From Sedimentisphaerales bacterium (GTDB taxonomy: Bacteria > Planctomycetota > Phycisphaerae > Sedimentisphaerales > SM23-30), in NCBI GenBank assembly GCA_963663965.2, contig CAXXFK010000029.1:160001-224000 (forward strand): 64,000 nt of DNA, written 5' to 3'. Below are positions 61,455 to 64,000 of this stretch, piece by piece. The notes under the pieces were generated by a model that worked only from the letters and a program-made list of their open reading frames with translations, searched no databases and was not told the origin of the DNA. The position numbers were made by a program, and so were the translations under genes. The first letter of the stretch is position 1, and each line of letters opens with the position of its first letter.

Positions 61455-62741
61455 CTAATCCTGCGGGGATAACGGTTCTTTGACCTTAAGCAAAAGTCCG
61501 CCACCAATGAGAAACAATATTGCAATAGAGACAATGCTGCAACGGACGGAAATATTATCACTGGCGCCGCATTTCTTAAGGATTACGGCGGTAAATCCCA
61601 TAATAAGGGGACCAAACACCGAGGCAAATTTACCGAGCATATTATAAAAGCCGAAGTATTCGGCGGTCTTATCTTCGGGGATTAAGCGGGCATAATAGGA
61701 GCGGCTCATGGCCTGCAAGCCACCCTGAACCAGGCCGACAACAATCGCTAAAATGTAAAAGTGCGCGCGGGTGGCCATAAGTGCTCCAAATACCGTTACG
61801 CCCAGATAGACAATGATCCCGAAAAGTATCAGCCGGCGGGCGCCGAACCGTTTGCCCAGATACCCATATAACAAAGCGGCCGGAAAACCGACGAACTGAG
61901 TAATTAGCAGCGCTTTGATCAGGTCTTCGGAAGGTAACTGGATATTTTTACCATAGTCGACGGCCAGACGGAAAATCGTATCGACACCGTCAATATAGCA
62001 CCAATAGGCCAATAGAAAAAGAAAGATGGGTTTATGTCGTCGGATATCCCGGAAAGTATTAAGCAATTCTTTCAGGCTGGCGATCATCGAGAATCGGGAA
62101 CGGATTTTCGTATTTTTTTTCTCTTTGACATAAAGGAGCAGCGGAAGTGTGAAAAGAAACCACCAGAGTGCAACCGTTAAAAATGAGACTTTTGTGGCAG
62201 TAATCGCATCAGGCAGGCCAAATTTATTCGGGGCTGTGACCATCAAAACATTGACCGCAAAGAGAAGGCCTCCACCAAGGTAGCCCATGGAGTAGCCCAG
62301 GGCGGATACCATGTCATATTTGGCAGGGGTTGCGATGTCTTTCAGCATGGCATCGTAAAAAACGAGCGAGCCGCTAAAACCCACTATTCCGCCAACCAGT
62401 AAAACCATGGGGGCCAGGACCATGTTCTGTTCGATCAGATATAGACCGGCGGTACAGATGATGCCTAAAAGAACAAAGACGGCCAGGAAGGTTTTTTTAA
62501 GATTGCCCTGATCCGCCATGGCCCCCAGAATCGGGGCCAGGCACAGGACGATAATACTGCCGAGCGAATTAGCAAGTGTCAACCGGTAAGTGCTGTCGAC
62601 AGGGCCCATGTCCTTACAGCAATATTCCTTGAAAAAAATGGGAAAGAATGCTGCGAGTACTGTTGTGGCATAAGCGGAATTGGCCCAATCGTAGAGCGCC
62701 CAACTCCAAATGGTACGATTCGTTTGTTTTAATGAGGCCAT
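61455..62741 (-). CDS. MFS transporter, UMF1/Atg22-like
   Basis: WSWALYDWANSAY, GYSMGYLGG, DGVDT, SRSYYARLIP, FGFYN; about 12 hydrophobic segments. Confidence 0.9.
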   Translation of the reverse strand: MASLKQTNRTIWSWALYDWANSAYATTVLAAFFPIFFKEYCCKDMGPVDSTYRLTLANSLGSIIVLCLAPILGAMADQGNLKKTFLAVFVLLGIICTAGLYLIEQNMVLAPMVLLVGGIVGFSGSLVFYDAMLKDIATPAKYDMVSALGYSMGYLGGGLLFAVNVLMVTAPNKFGLPDAITATKVSFLTVALWWFLFTLPLLLYVKEKKNTKIRSRFSMIASLKELLNTFRDIRRHKPIFLFLLAYWCYIDGVDTIFRLAVDYGKNIQLPSEDLIKALLITQFVGFPAALLYGYLGKRFGARRLILFGIIVYLGVTVFGALMATRAHFYILAIVVGLVQGGLQAMSRSYYARLIPEDKTAEYFGFYNMLGKFASVFGPLIMGFTAVILKKCGASDNISVRCSIVSIAILFLIGGGLLLKVKEPLSPQD

Positions 62742-62754
62742 AGACTCAGGCGAC

Positions 62755-63240
62755 CTATTCTAACTGCATGGAAGAAATCCGTTGTCTGATCTTTTCCATG
62801 AGTTTAATCAGTTGTTTTTGTTCGGCATCTTTGAGGGGAGCCACAACATCCAGAACAGTTTTTTCATAAAGCGGTTCGACCTGCTCCAGTAGCTGGATTG
62901 ATTTGGGGGTTAATACAACCATATAGGTGCGGCGGTCATCAGGTACTGCCGTTCGTTTGACCAGTCCGGCTTTTTCCATACGATCAATCAAGGAGGTGAT
63001 ATTGGCTCGATTCACCAGCATCATTTCACTGAGTTTGGTTTGAGATAATCCCGGCGTGGCGTCATCTGTTTGATATTTTAACAGCATCATCAGGTTGAAT
63101 TGCACATCGGTTAATCCAAATTTCTGAAAAAACTCGGTCGCAAATTTTTTCAGGCATGAAGTCGTGTAGTAGAGGTTTAATACTGCGGCGTGAGGTTGTT
63201 CGAGTGGCAGGATATATCCCAGTTCTTGTTCCAGGGCCAT
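62755..63240 (-). CDS. MarR family transcriptional regulator
   Basis: GLTDVQFNLM, ITSLIDRMEKAGLVKR...DDRR...LT. Confidence 0.92.
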   Translation of the reverse strand: MALEQELGYILPLEQPHAAVLNLYYTTSCLKKFATEFFQKFGLTDVQFNLMMLLKYQTDDATPGLSQTKLSEMMLVNRANITSLIDRMEKAGLVKRTAVPDDRRTYMVVLTPKSIQLLEQVEPLYEKTVLDVVAPLKDAEQKQLIKLMEKIRQRISSMQLE

Positions 63241-63686
63241 AATAGTTGTTCCTTCAGATAGTCGGTGAAATCCTTACAAGGCTTAATGTATACATATATA
63301 ATATATACCATAATGTTGTTATGTCAAACCAGAAATAATCAGCAGGGGACGATTAGACATGATAATATTTGTAACATATTGTTATTAAAGTAGTAATAGA
63401 AGAGTGTCGGTTGCCAGATTTTTGCCAGGACATTATGATGCATAATATTGTTGCTATCATGATATTGCTGGTCTGGAAGGAAGTCAATAAATGGAATCGG
63501 TAAAAATCCTAACCTGTTACTGGAAGGTTTGATTCGGAAAGTTTGATTGAAGATGAATCCATTAAGCGAGTATCGCCACATTGGGTTAATGGAATAATAT
63601 GGAATTTTTTATGATGTAGGTTTAGAATCAGAACTATGAGTATGCAGACGCAAGAATAATAGAACTCAAATGTTAAGGAACAGAAC

Positions 63687-64000
63687 ATGAAAAACCCCTA
63701 TGTGATAATCGGTATAATATCGGGATTAGTCATGGTTATCTCAGGTTGCTCTATGATAACAGGACAGGCCATGATTCCTGAGGCTACCCGGTTAGAAAAA
63801 ATTGCCGATGGTTTTAAATTTACTGAAGGATGCGCATGCGATCAATTTGGGAACATTTATTTTGCCGATATCCCGGAAAGTAAAATCTGGAAATGGACGA
63901 CACAAGATCAATTAGAACTATTCCGCGACGATAGTCAGCGTGCTAATGGTTTAGCCCTGGATCGTGACGGTGCTTTGATCGCATGTGAATCTTCTGGCGA
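63687..64000 (+). CDS. SMP-30/gluconolactonase family lipoprotein, runs off right edge
   Basis: Manual translation: MKNPYVII...ISGC (lipobox)...KIADGFKFTEG...GNIYFADIP...ANGLALDRDGALIACE. Confidence 0.85.
   Translation, partial: MKNPYVIIGIISGLVMVISGCSMITGQAMIPEATRLEKIADGFKFTEGCACDQFGNIYFADIPESKIWKWTTQDQLELFRDDSQRANGLALDRDGALIACESSG

Noticed and set aside
63412..63427. GG-N10-GC sigma54-like motif on the minus strand upstream of marR
   Set aside because: The -12 box is TGGC rather than TTGC and no enhancer dyad is evident.

Overview
Chromosomal window from a bacterium, most likely a planctomycete of the Phycisphaerae/Sedimentisphaerales type. This is inferred from a DUF1559-like pseudopilin, dockerin-like DxNxDCxVDLxD motifs on secreted proteins and a zinc-ribbon SpoVG next to ispE. 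In order it holds: a partial FapA/DUF342 gene; a sigma54-type GSIII gene followed by gltBD; ispH; a tandem GH43; a MacAB-TolC-like exporter; spoVG-ispE; a transglutaminase-like protein; a small surface-polysaccharide cluster; a Y1/HUH (RAYT-like) transposase bounded by short quasi-palindromes; iorAB; folD; a GGDEF protein; dapF; a ~19 kb sialic-acid/glycan utilisation locus (GH78, creatininase-like protein, GntR regulator, LamG protein, two GH33 sialidases, pseudopilin, NanA, O-acetylesterase, AGE epimerase, NanM-SSS fusion); and a marR-MFS-aas-fmt-rsmB-NTase-ATP-grasp run. The most notable non-coding signal is a ~100-105 bp structured intergenic repeat with consensus TATAC...GTATA ends (MITE/ERIC-like), present in four diverged copies. 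About ten single-base frameshifts, mostly in short homopolymers, are probably assembly errors. No rRNA, tRNA or CRISPR array was seen.
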